A DNA stretch of 64,000 bases. It comes from Octopus sinensis. Lineage: Eukaryota. The DNA lies in assembly GCF_006345805.1 (NCBI RefSeq), contig NC_042998.1:38936001-39000000 (forward strand). The letters run 5' to 3'. Position numbers and translations under genes: made by a program. The notes under the pieces were generated by a model. That model saw only the letters and a list, made by a program, of their open reading frames with translations. It did not search any database and had not been told where the DNA came from. This document shows, one piece after another, positions 25,905 to 37,899 of this stretch. Position 1 is the stretch's first letter; each line of letters starts with the position of its first letter.

Positions 25905-26590
25905 ACACACACACACGTCCATTTCATATACACGTACATAAAACTTTCACTTCCTCCTCTCTTTCACGTTAAACAAAAGTAAATAAATAAAAAAATTTTA
26001 TGGAAATCAACGAATTCCAGATAACTGTACTGAGGGTCCAAGGGGAAGATCGCCATTCACTTGAAAATATTTTTTTTAAAAAAACATTAAAATATTGTCT
26101 GTTTAAGGAAAGCTAAAATATAAATACTTACTGTACAAACAAATTAAATATTTGAAATCATATTCAGTTTAAAATATTTTTAAATGATTAAAATATTGTG
26201 TACGTCAAAAAGTCGGCGTTTTTTTTTTCTTAGAGAGCGCGAGGATTATGTGTGTGTATATGTCTCAGATATCGAAGATGTGCTTGTGTTGATTGACACG
26301 CCATGACAGTCATTATATGTCTGTGTATTCCGTATGAGTGTTGACGTCACAGAAATTATGTTTGTTTTTTTTCCTAGAGAAATAACAAACAAAAATTGTG
26401 TTTAATCGTTTTCTTTAACAAATAGACGTCCAAATATCACAAAAATTTGCATTGCACTGCCGAAGGTAAGTATGAAAATAAATATGCAAAAAAAAAAATT
26501 CAGATAAAATTTATCATTTCTGAGATATTTCAGGTACAAACAAATATCCCTTGCATTTAATATTATTAATATATATATATGTATGTATGT

Positions 26591-26815
26591 ATACTCTTTT
26601 ATACTCTTTTACTTGTTTCAGTCATTTGACTGTGGCCATGCTGGAGCACCACCTTTTTAGTCGAGCAAATTGACCCTTTGTGAGCCTAGTACTTATTCTA
26701 TCGGTCTCTTTTGCCGAACCACTAAGTTACGGGGACGTAAACACACCAGCATTGGTTGTCAAGCGATGTTGGGGAAACAAACACAGACACACAAACATAT
26801 ACACATACACACACA

Positions 26816-26866
<51 letters not shown>

Positions 26867-27029
26867 CGACGGGCTTCTTTCAGCTTCCATCTACCAAATC
26901 CATTCACAAGGCTTTGGTCTGCCCAAGGCTATAGTAGAAGACACTTGCCAAAGGTGCCACGCAGTGGGACTGAACTCGGAACCATGTGGTTCGTAAGCAA
27001 GCTACTTACCACACGGCCACTCCTACGCC

Positions 27030-27030
<1 letters not shown>
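26591..27030 (-). mobile_element. SINE family A, full length
   Basis: Near-colinear with 4324-4737, with an internal (CA)n(TA)n tract. Confidence 0.92.
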
Positions 27031-27106
<76 letters not shown>

Positions 27107-27586
27107 ATACATATATAAATGTATAAATACACACACACACATATATATATATTCATATTTGACTACACAAAACTTAAGTCCTCATGCATTCTCTCCTGTC
27201 AGCTGCAAGAAAGGTATGACGAGTAATCTGCTGAAATATTTAAATGCATACCTAACGGCTTCCGATATATAAATATAACCTTATACATGTAATTATTGAC
27301 ACAAGCAATAATTACATATAAGGATAATGCTGCTTTAATTTTAGCCTTGAATTATCTCACTCATAATGACATTCATATTGAAACAACATGAAGATAAAAT
27401 AAATCGATTTTGCACTTAATGGCTTCGCTGGAATATCGTATCACAAACAGCTAATGAATCATTATAAAATTACATATAAGATATAATTTGTGCAAGACCA
27501 AGGAGATTGATAAATTCTACAATTCTTCCAGCATATTACAATACATTATGGCACATTCGGAAGAATATTCTTGAGCTACCTAGGAT

Positions 27587-27628
<42 letters not shown>

Positions 27629-27784
27629 CATTTCTAAATCTCTCAGAAAGATTTATGCAGTAGCAGCACGATAAAGCGATGTTATGTTGCCAAGTTATTG
27701 TAGTAGTCCCATAAAAGGGAAGAATGCTACTGCTATTTAGCCTCAGGAAACACCGTTTCCAGTTGGCCGTCTATAAACGGGAAC

Positions 27785-28277
27785 TGTAATGATATGCATA
27801 AGATCTGGTCATCAAATCTAAGTAGAGACTTCAAACTTAAAATCTTCAAAGCCACAGTCGAACCAATTCTACTATATGGCTCAGAAACCTGGACGTTATC
27901 AAAGAAGCTTGAGAGGCGGCTGAATGGCACTTACACTCGCCTCCTTATGAGAGCTCAAAATCTCTCGTGGAAGCGTCATCCAACCAAAGTACAAATATAT
28001 GGGAAACTATCACCTGTATCATCTCTTGTGAAAGGTAGGAGAGTCCAGTTTGCTGGACATTGTTGTAGAGCTGAAAACGAGGCAATTTCTACTCTTCTCC
28101 TCTGGAAGCCATCTACTCGCAATACCAGAGGGTGCACACTCTCCTACCCTGATGTAATCTTCAGAGATACAGGCATCCAGCAACAGGACCTCCGTAATGC
28201 TATAATGGACCGTGAAGTCTGGCGTAGCATGGTAAATTCCATTGTCTCGACCACGGTCGAACAATGATGATGATGAT
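27785..28277 (+). mobile_element. RTE-clade LINE 3' fragment with (GAT)n tail
   Basis: ORF 27794..28267 open to the stop: KIFKATVEPILLYGSETWTLSK...RRVQFAGHCCR...DREVWR; TGATGATGATGAT follows the stop directly. Confidence 0.92.
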
Positions 28278-28279
28278 AA

Positions 28280-28860
28280 GCGGGATTTCTAGTTTTACAT
28301 TGTGTAGAATATAAGCTCCTATACGCACACATAACTCAGCCCCGTCGTATGCCCACATCGAAAAGAGAATCCTCACTCTTCTTGACCCAGGTGGAATCCT
28401 CGTGAAAAAGAAGTGATTTCCTCGCATGCATGATAATATCAATTTCCGAGTTATCGATGTTGATATACTGCTTGGCGAAGTCTAATGCTTTTAGGAGCAA
28501 AGGCCTGGATATTGACGGGTAAAAGTCAACAGTATCAAACTGCGTAAATTTGTAGTTATGCTTATGGCTAACCCCTTTAAACCAATCTATTACTGACTTA
28601 GTATTTTTCCAAATTCTCAAATCTAATTCACTAACTAACTTGGTTAAAATACGATCCAAAATATATTTGCTAATAACACCTATTTCAGTTTTAGCCGGAT
28701 TAATCAATTATTAATTTAGGGTTTCTATCAAAATTGGCTTCGTGGTCTTTTTTAAGGTAATAAAAGTGGGTTGTGGGGTGGAAAATATTCTACCCTATCG
28801 CTAATCTTAAGATTGTTACCTATTCTTCTTGTCTCCAAATTCACCTCTTTGTATATATTT
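28280..28860 (-). mobile_element. Penelope-like element reverse transcriptase fragment
   Basis: KKDHEANFDRNPKL..INPAKTEIGVISKYILD...WKNTKSVIDWF...FDTVDFYPSI...HARKSLLF...FDV, then frameshifted (MW)AYDGAELC. Confidence 0.85.
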
Positions 28861-28969
28861 GTGTTGTGCATGCTTAAGGCCGTTATTTGAAAGGACCAAT
28901 GAAACAACTCCACTTTTAGGGATGTATCCTTTAACTAGTTTTGATTATATCGTTATTCCTGATCTATTT

Positions 28970-29024
28970 TAACAAAACTGTCCGACGAACGGGAACGTGA
29001 AACTCTGAGTAACAGCTTTTGTTA
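28970..29024 (+). ncRNA. Minimal type I hammerhead ribozyme motif in a Penelope terminal repeat (C-C-G-A-C-G-A core variant)
   Basis: Stem I TAACAAAACTGT / ACAG(C)TTTTGTTA; core CCGACGA; stem II ACG-GGAA-CGT; GAAA; palindromic stem III ACTC-T-GAGT; predicted GUA cleavage triplet at 29009-29011. Confidence 0.75.
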
Positions 29025-29129
29025 TATTTCTGGTGCTTTTAAATAAAGCCTGTTACTCTACCTCTGGTATTTGAGTACTCCTTTTTCCACCTTGTTTCAC
29101 ATTTATGTGCTTACCCCGGTATATATATA

Positions 29130-29186
<57 letters not shown>

Positions 29187-29427
29187 CCGTTTTATTATAT
29201 CGCTTAGGCATTGCGATACTAATAGCCTGGTCTAGAGCTCGATCTATGCATGCTACTGAATGAAGCGTTAGTCGAGAACAAAGCAGTTGTAGGAAACAAA
29301 GAGACGACGAAGGAATGAATGATTATCTTATGAACTTCATTGGCGTACAAGTGTTTCCGCTACAAGATGCGCTGCACTTATAATTGAGTGCCTGAGCAAC
29401 ACCTTATAACTTCATCGGAGCCTCAAA

Positions 29428-29820
29428 TATGAAATGCTGGGTATATATATTGTGTTGAGGATCGTGGATAAGGCCAACAGAATGCGAATTAAAATGCAAG
29501 GCAAATCACAAGAAAACAGATATGTGAATTAATGTATTCAATATTTCGGCATTATGACCCCATTTTCAAGAAATTGACGAATGTTGCCGATGTGCGTGTG
29601 TGTGGAGGATGGCCTCACTCCACACACGCTCACACACACGCACATCGGCAACATTTGTCAGTTTCCTGAAAATGGGATCATAACCCCGAAATATTGAATA
29701 CAAGGTAAGTCTACATTAATTCACATATTTGTTTTCTTGTGATTTACCTTGCATTTACTTCGTATTGTTTTGGCCTTACCCACAATCCTTTATACAGTAT
29801 ATTTTCCACAATGCTTCATA
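29428..29820. repeat. ~390 bp imperfect foldback (inverted arms ~170-190 bp), possibly inverted Penelope pLTR pair or MITE
   Basis: Left arm ~29428-29607 matches the reverse complement of ~29618-29820 at roughly 80-85% by eye, with one 13-nt indel. Confidence 0.85.
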
Positions 29821-30044
29821 GTAATTATATATATATATTAACTCAGATAAACATCAGACCAAATATGTGAATTTTAAGTCCCTACTTGCTGTTCCAAAGC
29901 AAAGTAGTAACAAGGGTTTAGAATATCGTAAAGGTGGCTACGGAAAAAAATCACAAGAGTAGCATCCCACGGCTTCGATAAACATCAAGCATGGAAGATA
30001 ATTTCAAATCTGTCAGTCTATCTAAAATTTTGGTAAATATTCTT

Positions 30045-30260
30045 TTCTTCTCTAGGCACCAGGCCCGAAAATTTGGGTTGGAGGTGCAGTCGATTAGGTC
30101 GATTCCAGTACGCAACTGGTACTTAATTTATCGACCCCGAAAGGATGAAAGGCAAAGTCGACTTCGGTGGAATTTGAACTGAGAACGTAACGGCAGACGA
30201 AATACACCTCAGCTAAGCATTTCGCCCGGCGTACTAACGATTCTGCCAGCTCGCCACCTT
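30045..30260 (-). mobile_element. SINE family B
   Basis: Reverse complement of family B ending GATTCTGCCAGCTCGCCACC. Confidence 0.88.
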
Positions 30261-31812
30261 TTTTGGAAAATATTGACGCCATTCTAAATGTGGGTTTGTA
30301 CAATGAACTCCTGCATTTTATGAACAGCAAAAACGATTCTAAGTCCAATTCCCATGACGAAAGAAATATTTTAAAAGAGCCTTGGGAGACAATTCCAGTT
30401 GGGGAATGGCTTGAATTACCAAAGACAAAGTATGCGGTATATTCAAAACATTTACAAAACATTGAAAGTCGTTAACGATAAATTCTTGTTAATTGTTAGT
30501 GACTTCGAAAGTACAGGAGAGGTAAATTCAAGAAATTGAAAATAATTTCACATCATTTATTGATGTGTTAAAAAAAATTCGATGTCCCTTTATTTGCAGA
30601 CAAACAGCTACGAATATTTTCCGTTTTATTAGATTTCATTAGCATAACATAATCTACTGAAGTCTTAATTCCTTATTGTTCCTAAATATTTCAATTTTCT
30701 TCAATTGCCGATAATAATGTCCGCTCCATGCTTTCATGTTCAAACCAAGGCGGACATTTCGTTAAAAGGAGAATGTTTTGCGTAGATCATTCAGTGCATT
30801 GCGGAAAGTTTATTGAAATTTATGCTGTTAGTTCATTTTAATTATTCAGATTAGTTGAGTTTCGTTTTATAATTATGCAGAATATTACTGGGGTAGAGTT
30901 TGTCTAAGTAAAAGTCTTCTTTCATCTGATTGAAACAAGCGTGAATATATTGTGCTATATTGAGGAGGACCAAATAGTCGGAAATATGCCAATAGCTACC
31001 CTTAGCATGCAAAGGTCATATTTCTTCCCGTCTACTAATTAGTTGTGTGGAATTACTTCGGAATTTCTTCCAATTATCTCCCCTTATCTTTGAGAGTTTT
31101 GATCATTGCCGCTAGGTTTCTCTTTTATTTCTCCAACTGAAAAGGAATTTTCAATTAATTCAGTGCATCATATCTTGACTTATGTCGATTCATCCAATTA
31201 GCTTATTTGAGTTACATTTCTTTGGTGATTTTCTTTTTATATTTTTATTATTCCACAATTATTATTAACGATAACATAATGACTTATTAAAATTGATTAT
31301 ATTTCCAGCTAAGCTGCTTGTATTATCCAATCCAAAGTGATTATCGCAATGTGTCGAGAGTGCCTTCAGTTTTCCATTTTTATCTTCATCTGATCTTTTC
31401 TTCTGATTAGCTTCATTTGTAGCAGGTTGATTAAAGATTTTTTTGTAATAATATTAAGTTCACATATATCGTTTTTGTATACGAAAATAAAAGTCAATAT
31501 TTTATGTAAAATATCTCTGCCATATTTTTATGTGAATTTTAATTTTAAAATGAATAATTGAAAATGCAAGTTCTTTTTTTAAAAGTTGCACATCGTTCAA
31601 TACCATTAATTACAACTCACCACAAAAATATTCGGATATGACATCATTAATTTTTTTTTTCAGTTTTAAAGTGTGTTTGGAAGTATTTTATTAAAATTTT
31701 AATTATATTGACAATCAAATTGCAAAATTATTGCATATTACTCACACAAACAAAAAAAGCTTATATATGTAGCTTACAAAATATCTGAAAAGCCAATGCA
31801 CTTAATACATAC

Positions 31813-31880
31813 CTCCTCTATGTACTTTTAGCTCATAGCTACCAACTACAGCCTAGAATTGCTTTTAACAACAATTTCTT
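31813..31880 (-). other. Putative non-coding exon (68 nt)
   Basis: Minus-strand acceptor TTATTTCAG and donor GAG|GTATGT; stops in all three frames. Confidence 0.3.
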
Positions 31881-32471
31881 CTGAAATAATTTACTTAAAT
31901 TGTAGTTTATTGATTTTGTAGTTTTAAAAAAATCAATACTTTTTATTATAGCTTAATTATATAATCTGTTTATTGCTTGACAGCGGTTTGTTTAACCGTT
32001 TTCCCCAATCCATATAACAAAAACAACCTCATGTGAGAGTGAATGTGCATCGTCTTCGTTTTCTTTGTTCAATTTTATTTATTTTGTTCTTTTTTCTTTT
32101 TCTTTTATCTTCCATGCCAAAGCAGCAGCTCCACTTTTTGTCTTCTATACTCACATGTATGTCATAATGTCAAAGCTAGGTCTTAATCTCGTCTTCGAAA
32201 GAAAAATGCATGTTGCTTTCTTCAAAGTTGAAATTATACATTGTAGATATAAAGCCTTTAGCCAAGAATACGTTTGAACTTTTGGCTTAAATCAAACTTA
32301 ACTTTGTCACGACTATTATTCCCTTTAATGGCAGAAAAAGAGAATCGGTTTTGTATGTAGCAGCGATTAACACCAATATTTGCAATGCTTCGACATGATT
32401 ATCTGCGCGTTTCGGTCCCTGAAAAAAAAATATTAGAAATAAGTAAGGATTGAATTGGATCTCATACTCAC

Positions 32472-32800
32472 CTGTTATTTATTTTACCTGCTTATTAGAA
32501 ATTGCTGAATAAATAAACATCAGCGATATTTCAACTGAGAACTTGGGAGTCAAGAAAATAATTGTATGAAAGCATCCTCTACTATTTCAGCTCACCATTT
32601 ATACCGATGCTGTTTGCATGTAGGAGAAACCTCATGAGTTCAAACTCGAACTGTAATGTTGAAAATGATCAGAAAGTATTAATGACAAACAGACGAAGGA
32701 ATTCAACGTGTCCAACTTCCCTTTCAACTATTTTTCTAATTTGATTTCAGTTTCTGATGGCGCACGAGCAATGTCTAAAATATGGCCGCCATTTTTTTTC
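32472..32800 (-). promoter_or_regulatory. Putative promoter/first exon: YY1-like AAAATGGCGGCC motif followed by strong donor CAG|GTGAGT
   Basis: Plus strand GGCCGCCATTTT at ~32783-32795; plus strand ATACTCACCTG at 32464-32474. Confidence 0.3.
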
Positions 32801-32989
32801 GCTATTTGATATTTTATTAACATATTTTTACAGGTAGGAAAGAAAAAAAAACAAAACATTAAAATTATAAAAGATCAAATTATTGAGAAAAAAGCTATAT
32901 CTACCTTAACAAGGAAATAAAAGAAAAGAAAAGAAAGCGGGTGGAATCAAGCAGCAGAAGATGGAGAGGAGGAGTGGCGGGTTGGCATC

Positions 32990-33232
32990 CGAGAACAACC
33001 CTGGATTGTTTAGCCACGTTTCGCAGATTTAAATGCAAAGGTGTAGCCGCGGAGAATGACCAGCGACACTCGCTGCAACAGCCATTCCACCTCGTGGGAC
33101 TCATTTCTCGGGTGGGCCGCAGTTGCTCCGATTCTGCGGAAGAAATCGACAGTGCAGGGTCCGAGGACAGCTGGGGTCTCGACTTCAGCCGACACAAAAT
33201 GATAGCGGACGGCCAGACTGTTACCATTTTGT
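32990..33232 (-). mobile_element. CRE-clade-like non-LTR retrotransposon C-terminal fragment (restriction-like endonuclease end)
   Basis: SLAVRYHFVSAEVETPAVLGPCTVDFFRRIG...EWLLQRVSLVILRGY resembles the F.P.AVET.G..G...FL.QR.S.A.QRGN C-terminus recalled for CRE-type elements. Confidence 0.6.
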
Positions 33233-33853
33233 TAAGAATGGACTCATTCAGTTCTCTCTATATTTCATCAAAAGTAATTCAAAGAATTTCGATTCTCTAG
33301 TTTCTGTATTGCTTGATTTTCTTAGAGATGTATTTTGTATTTTCATTCACAAAAATTAGTCATTAAAATGATGTTTTGCTCTCGTCGCTTACGGTGCAAA
33401 TTTCGTTTCTTAAAGTTTCTTGGCTTATATAGTTAATGCCCATTTCGCTATAAAATGTTCATGCTGCGGGTAAGCCTCCTTATACACGCCAGTCATTCAT
33501 TCCAAGTGTTACCAACATACACAAAACTACAACTGAAAATAGACAGCATGTGAAATTAGATGGTGAGATCTCTCTTACTATGAAAACAATTATAAAACTT
33601 AGTTTTGTAACAAATAAAGTTAAATGGGAACATAGATGGACCTATTCCAGCAGGAATGCAGATGGAAACCAGTTGACTCTTTGGATGTAATGCTGCACTG
33701 CTTTCTTACCAACAAATACAGAAGAAGTTGAAAACGTAGGTTCAGTACCTCTATTCATCTCCACAGTGCCACATAATGTATTCTTAGTGCATACAGCATC
33801 AGATTAAAATCCTCAATAAGATATTTACGAAATATATATATAAGCATATTACA

Positions 33854-33888
<35 letters not shown>

Positions 33889-34855
33889 GTACCACAGTTT
33901 CTAATCCTGCTGTGAATAGGAAAGGATAAGAATGAAGGAATTCTACCTTGTCATCATCTTTCAGAGACGATGCGTGTCAGTGTTCAGTACAAGATCGGAA
34001 GATCAAATGTAGAACTCTATAGTTAAACTTAGAGCGACCATTCTGGTAAAAAGTAAAAAGTTAATTTGAGAAATAAGAACAACATGGATGAATCGTCGTA
34101 GTTGAAGCCGCAGTTGCTCCGATTCTGCGGAAGAAATCGACAGTGCAGGGTCCGAGGACAGCTGGGGTCTCGACTTCAGCCGACACAAAATGATAGCGGA
34201 CGGCCAGACTGTTACCATTTTGTTAAGAATGGACTCATTCAGTTCTCTCTATATTTCATCAAAAGTAATTCAAAGAATTTCGATTCTCTAGTTTCTGTAT
34301 TGCTTGATTTTCTTAGAGATGTATTTTGTATTTTCATTCACAAAAATTAGTCATTAAAATGATGTTTTGCTCTCGTCGCTTACGGTGCAAATTTCGTTTC
34401 TTAAAGTTTCTTGGCTTATATAGTTAATGCCCATTTCGCTATAAAATGTTCATGCTGCGGGTAAGCCTCCTTATACACGCCAGTCATTCATTCCAAGTGT
34501 TACCAACATACACAAAACTACAACTGAAAATAGACAGCATGTGAAATTAGATGGTGAGATCTCTCTTACTATGAAAACAATTATAAAACTTAGTTTTGTA
34601 ACAAATAAAGTTAAATGGGAACATAGATGGACCTATTCCAGCAGGAATGCAGATGGAAACCAGTTGACTCTTTGGATGTAATGCTGCACTGCTTTCTTAC
34701 CAACAAATACAGAAGGAGTTGAAAACGTAGGTTCAGTACCTCTATTCATCTCCACAGTGCCACATAATGTATTCTTAAGTGCATACAGCATCAGATTAAA
34801 ATCCTCAATAAAGATATTTACGAAATATATATATAAGCATATTACATGAATATAT

Positions 34856-34889
<34 letters not shown>

Positions 34890-35111
34890 CGTACCACAGT
34901 TTCTAATCCTGCTGTGAATAGGAAAGGATAAGAATGAAGGAATTCTACCTTGTCATCATCTTTCAGAGACGATGCGTGTCAGTGTTCAGTACAAGATCGG
35001 AAGATCAAATGTAGAACTCTATAGTTAAACTTAGAGCGACCATTCTGGTAAAAAGTAAAAAGTTAATTTGAGAAATAAGAACAACATGGATGAATCGTCG
35101 TAGTTGAAGCC
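33116..35111 (+). repeat. Tandem direct duplication, units 991 bp (33116-34106) and 1002 bp (34107-35108), GCC junction microhomology
   Basis: I see 1 substitution, 2 single-A indels and a 9-nt (TA)n length difference between the copies. Confidence 0.97.
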
Positions 35112-36290
35112 TAATGTATTATTAATATTAAAAACTGTACAAATAATAAGATATGTCACAAAACGCTTTACTATATACACGGCATTGCGTGACAGAAAAA
35201 AATAGTGATGCCTGTATCTTAATGTATCAGTACTTACATGCAAATATTTCAAATACAAATGAAAATTCGTTACACTACTACCAGAGAGACATTCTCTTGG
35301 CTAACGGAAAATTATGCCGCCAAGTTCAGCTGTCCAAGACGTGTTTGCGATTGTGAATATGTTTTGTCTGCTTGTGCGTGAATCTTGGACCATATATTTT
35401 CGTATATTTTAAAACTATTACTCAATTTATACAAAGGAGCTAATTCTATCTTTATTATCACCGAATTATGGACTCTTATCTATCAATTTCTTCACATTAT
35501 ATTCATACATTTTCATATTCTTTCTCGGTAGCCATATTTTGCCATTTTGTTCGGTCTGATGAGACCCTGGTTGATTTATCTGAGTCAATCTGACACCATA
35601 TTCATTTTGATAGACAGGGACCTATAGCAGCGACTCCTAACGTGTGTTAACTCAATGAATAAATAATCAATCACTTCGATCGATGTTGAGTTCTCTCTTC
35701 ACTTGTTGAATAATAATACAATTACAACACAATTATGGCTTCTATAATGTATAGCGGATTTTATAGACGCGTGCGTACATACACATACATATGCCACGCA
35801 CACATACACACATACACATACATACATCGTACATACACATACATATGCCACGCACACACACACACACACACACATATATATGGACCTGATTGAATCAAAA
35901 ATTATTTACCATTTGATAAGTACCCTTCACTTACAGAGCAGAATGATAATACAGTTAGTACAGATAACAATAATAACATTTTGCGTAGGGTTCATTACGA
36001 GCGCTTGTCTTTGGCTTGTGAACGTAGTAATAGTGTGCTACCAGCGCAGGTAATTGTAGTATCATCAGGAGAATTGATAATTAGTTATAAACTCTCAACC
36101 CTCAACGGGATAACATCGCCAGTGCAGCAACAGCCAATGCTGCAACACTAATATTTCCAGTGTTAATTTACGCAGCTGCAACTGTTGAGTATGTAACGAA
36201 TGTCCACTTAATTGGAACTTTGTGGGGGAAACTCGAGTGAATAGATGTAAAATGTTTACCTATAAAAATATTAAATACTAGATAGGCTCT

Positions 36291-36477
36291 ATTTTTAATA
36301 TAGATGTTTTCGATGTAGTTTGGATTCTTTGCCATCAAATTTGAATTTTTTGCCATCTAATTTGAATTCTTTGCAATCAAATTTGATTGCGAAGAATTCA
36401 AATTTGATGGCAAAGAATCCAAATTTGATGGCAAAGAATCCAAACTAGATCGTAAACATCTATGTTATTCAAAAATA
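36291..36477. repeat. Palindromic element built from 3+3 mirrored 21-bp units
   Basis: TTTGGATTCTTTGCCATCAAA-type units x3, loopless centre CAATCAAA|TTTGATTG at 36381/36382, three reverse units, and unique flanking arms that also pair. Confidence 0.92.
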
Positions 36478-36847
36478 CGCTCACCGCGCATAAGAATTCA
36501 TTTGCTAATTACAAGTTGAAGTCATCGTCACTTACAGAACACATTTGGAGTTTTCATCTCGAATGGTACAGCATAGTTTCTGCGTCACCAAATGCAGGTA
36601 AGTGGCTTGAATGTCGGCTATGCTCATAGGAATCAATTCAAGCTTTACTAGCGAATGGTAATCTTAAAAGTAGCAAAAGCGAAATTCTAATTTAGTTACA
36701 GTCTTACAATTAGTTACGATCTTCAAAACTTTCGAGTTTTACAAACCCGGAAGTAGGGATAATAATTATGAAATGAAACATAACCAAATGGAATATAATT
36801 TGAACGTCTATCTTGATCTCATGCATGTGTTATATGCCTTGTATTTA

Positions 36848-36849
<2 letters not shown>

Positions 36850-36939
<90 letters not shown>
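36850..36939 (+). repeat. (TC)n microsatellite
   Basis: Direct read. Confidence 0.97.
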
Positions 36940-36941
<2 letters not shown>

Positions 36942-37576
36942 ATTCTACCCGGTTCTTAAAGTAAATTGTATTTCAAGCTGATGACAAACTTCATCTCTTT
37001 TATGATTCTCAATGCAATTTTATGATGTATTGCAGAGCGTCAGCTGGACCCATTGTATTTGGATGAATGAAGGAAGAATGCTCAGCGAGAGAAAATGTAA
37101 GCCGTTATCACTTATATGAATGTGAGAGATAAAGAGTGTGGAATCTACATGAGCGCAGACACAAGCTAACACACACACACATACACACACACGAACATGT
37201 ATAATTTTAACGGTGAAATTCGAAGGAGATACAGCTATAAATAATAGTGTAGAAGAATATTGATCCAATATATCAAGAATTTAAAAGTCCAAGACTGCCC
37301 GTAGGAGTTGCGCTCACACCTGTAAACATGACAAACGTTTTAACTATTCTACCAAAGTAATCCTTCGTTTTTACCTCCAAGAATTGTATGTTGCTTATAT
37401 CGTAAATGTATGTTGTTTACATCGAGAGAACGTGAAATATATCACTTTTTAACGTTGGAACTCGAAGCAGATAACGCTATAAATAGTTGCGCAGAATATT
37501 GGGTTAAGAAGCCAACGTACCTTGTTTACTAGTAAGAACAAAGCTTCTAAAACGGAAGATGAAAATTCGATGGGAT

Positions 37577-37644
37577 GCTTTGGTATAGTGGTTAGAACGT
37601 CTGTCATGTGCAGAAGATGGGATTTCGTGTCCCACGGGCAGCCA
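37577..37644 (+). pseudogene. tRNA-like relic (Asp-GTC-like) or isolated SINE head
   Basis: GGTATAGTGGTTAG (A box/D arm), CTGTCAT anticodon-like loop, T arm TGGGA-TTTCGTG-TCCCA; acceptor and anticodon stems are broken. Confidence 0.4.
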
Positions 37645-37899
37645 TCTAATTTTCCATCCAAAAAATTTCTAGCCCAACATTCTGCTCGTTATTATAGCTA
37701 GCTGTATATTATACCTCGTATTCCACCGTTAAAAACTTTTTTTTTTTACTTTTGTTTTGTGGCGTATGATATAATGTTTTGTAATAACTTCAAGTTGTGA
37801 GTCCATGCTGAGCCGACGAAAGAATATTGTATCACTACGTCCTATGTAACAGCTATCGTCTTGAAGTTTGAAACTTTCAGTTTTACAATCAAATTTATC

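Noticed and set aside
26040-26560. Possible Kolobok-like non-autonomous DNA transposon with a GTAAGT donor
   Set aside because: Only a 6-7 bp terminal match (CAAGGG/CCCTTG) and no clear TSD; not supportable.
30263-30475. 70-aa protein-like ORF (…PWETIPVGEWLELPK…)
   Set aside because: It starts inside a SINE, has no convincing splice sites and no recognisable motif.
32901-33359. Several overlapping GC-rich ORFs suggesting a host exon
   Set aside because: Better explained by the minus-strand CRE-like retrotransposon C-terminus.
37449-37661. 70-aa minus ORF with a GTACGT donor
   Set aside because: It overlaps a tRNA-like relic on the opposite strand, which explains its composition.
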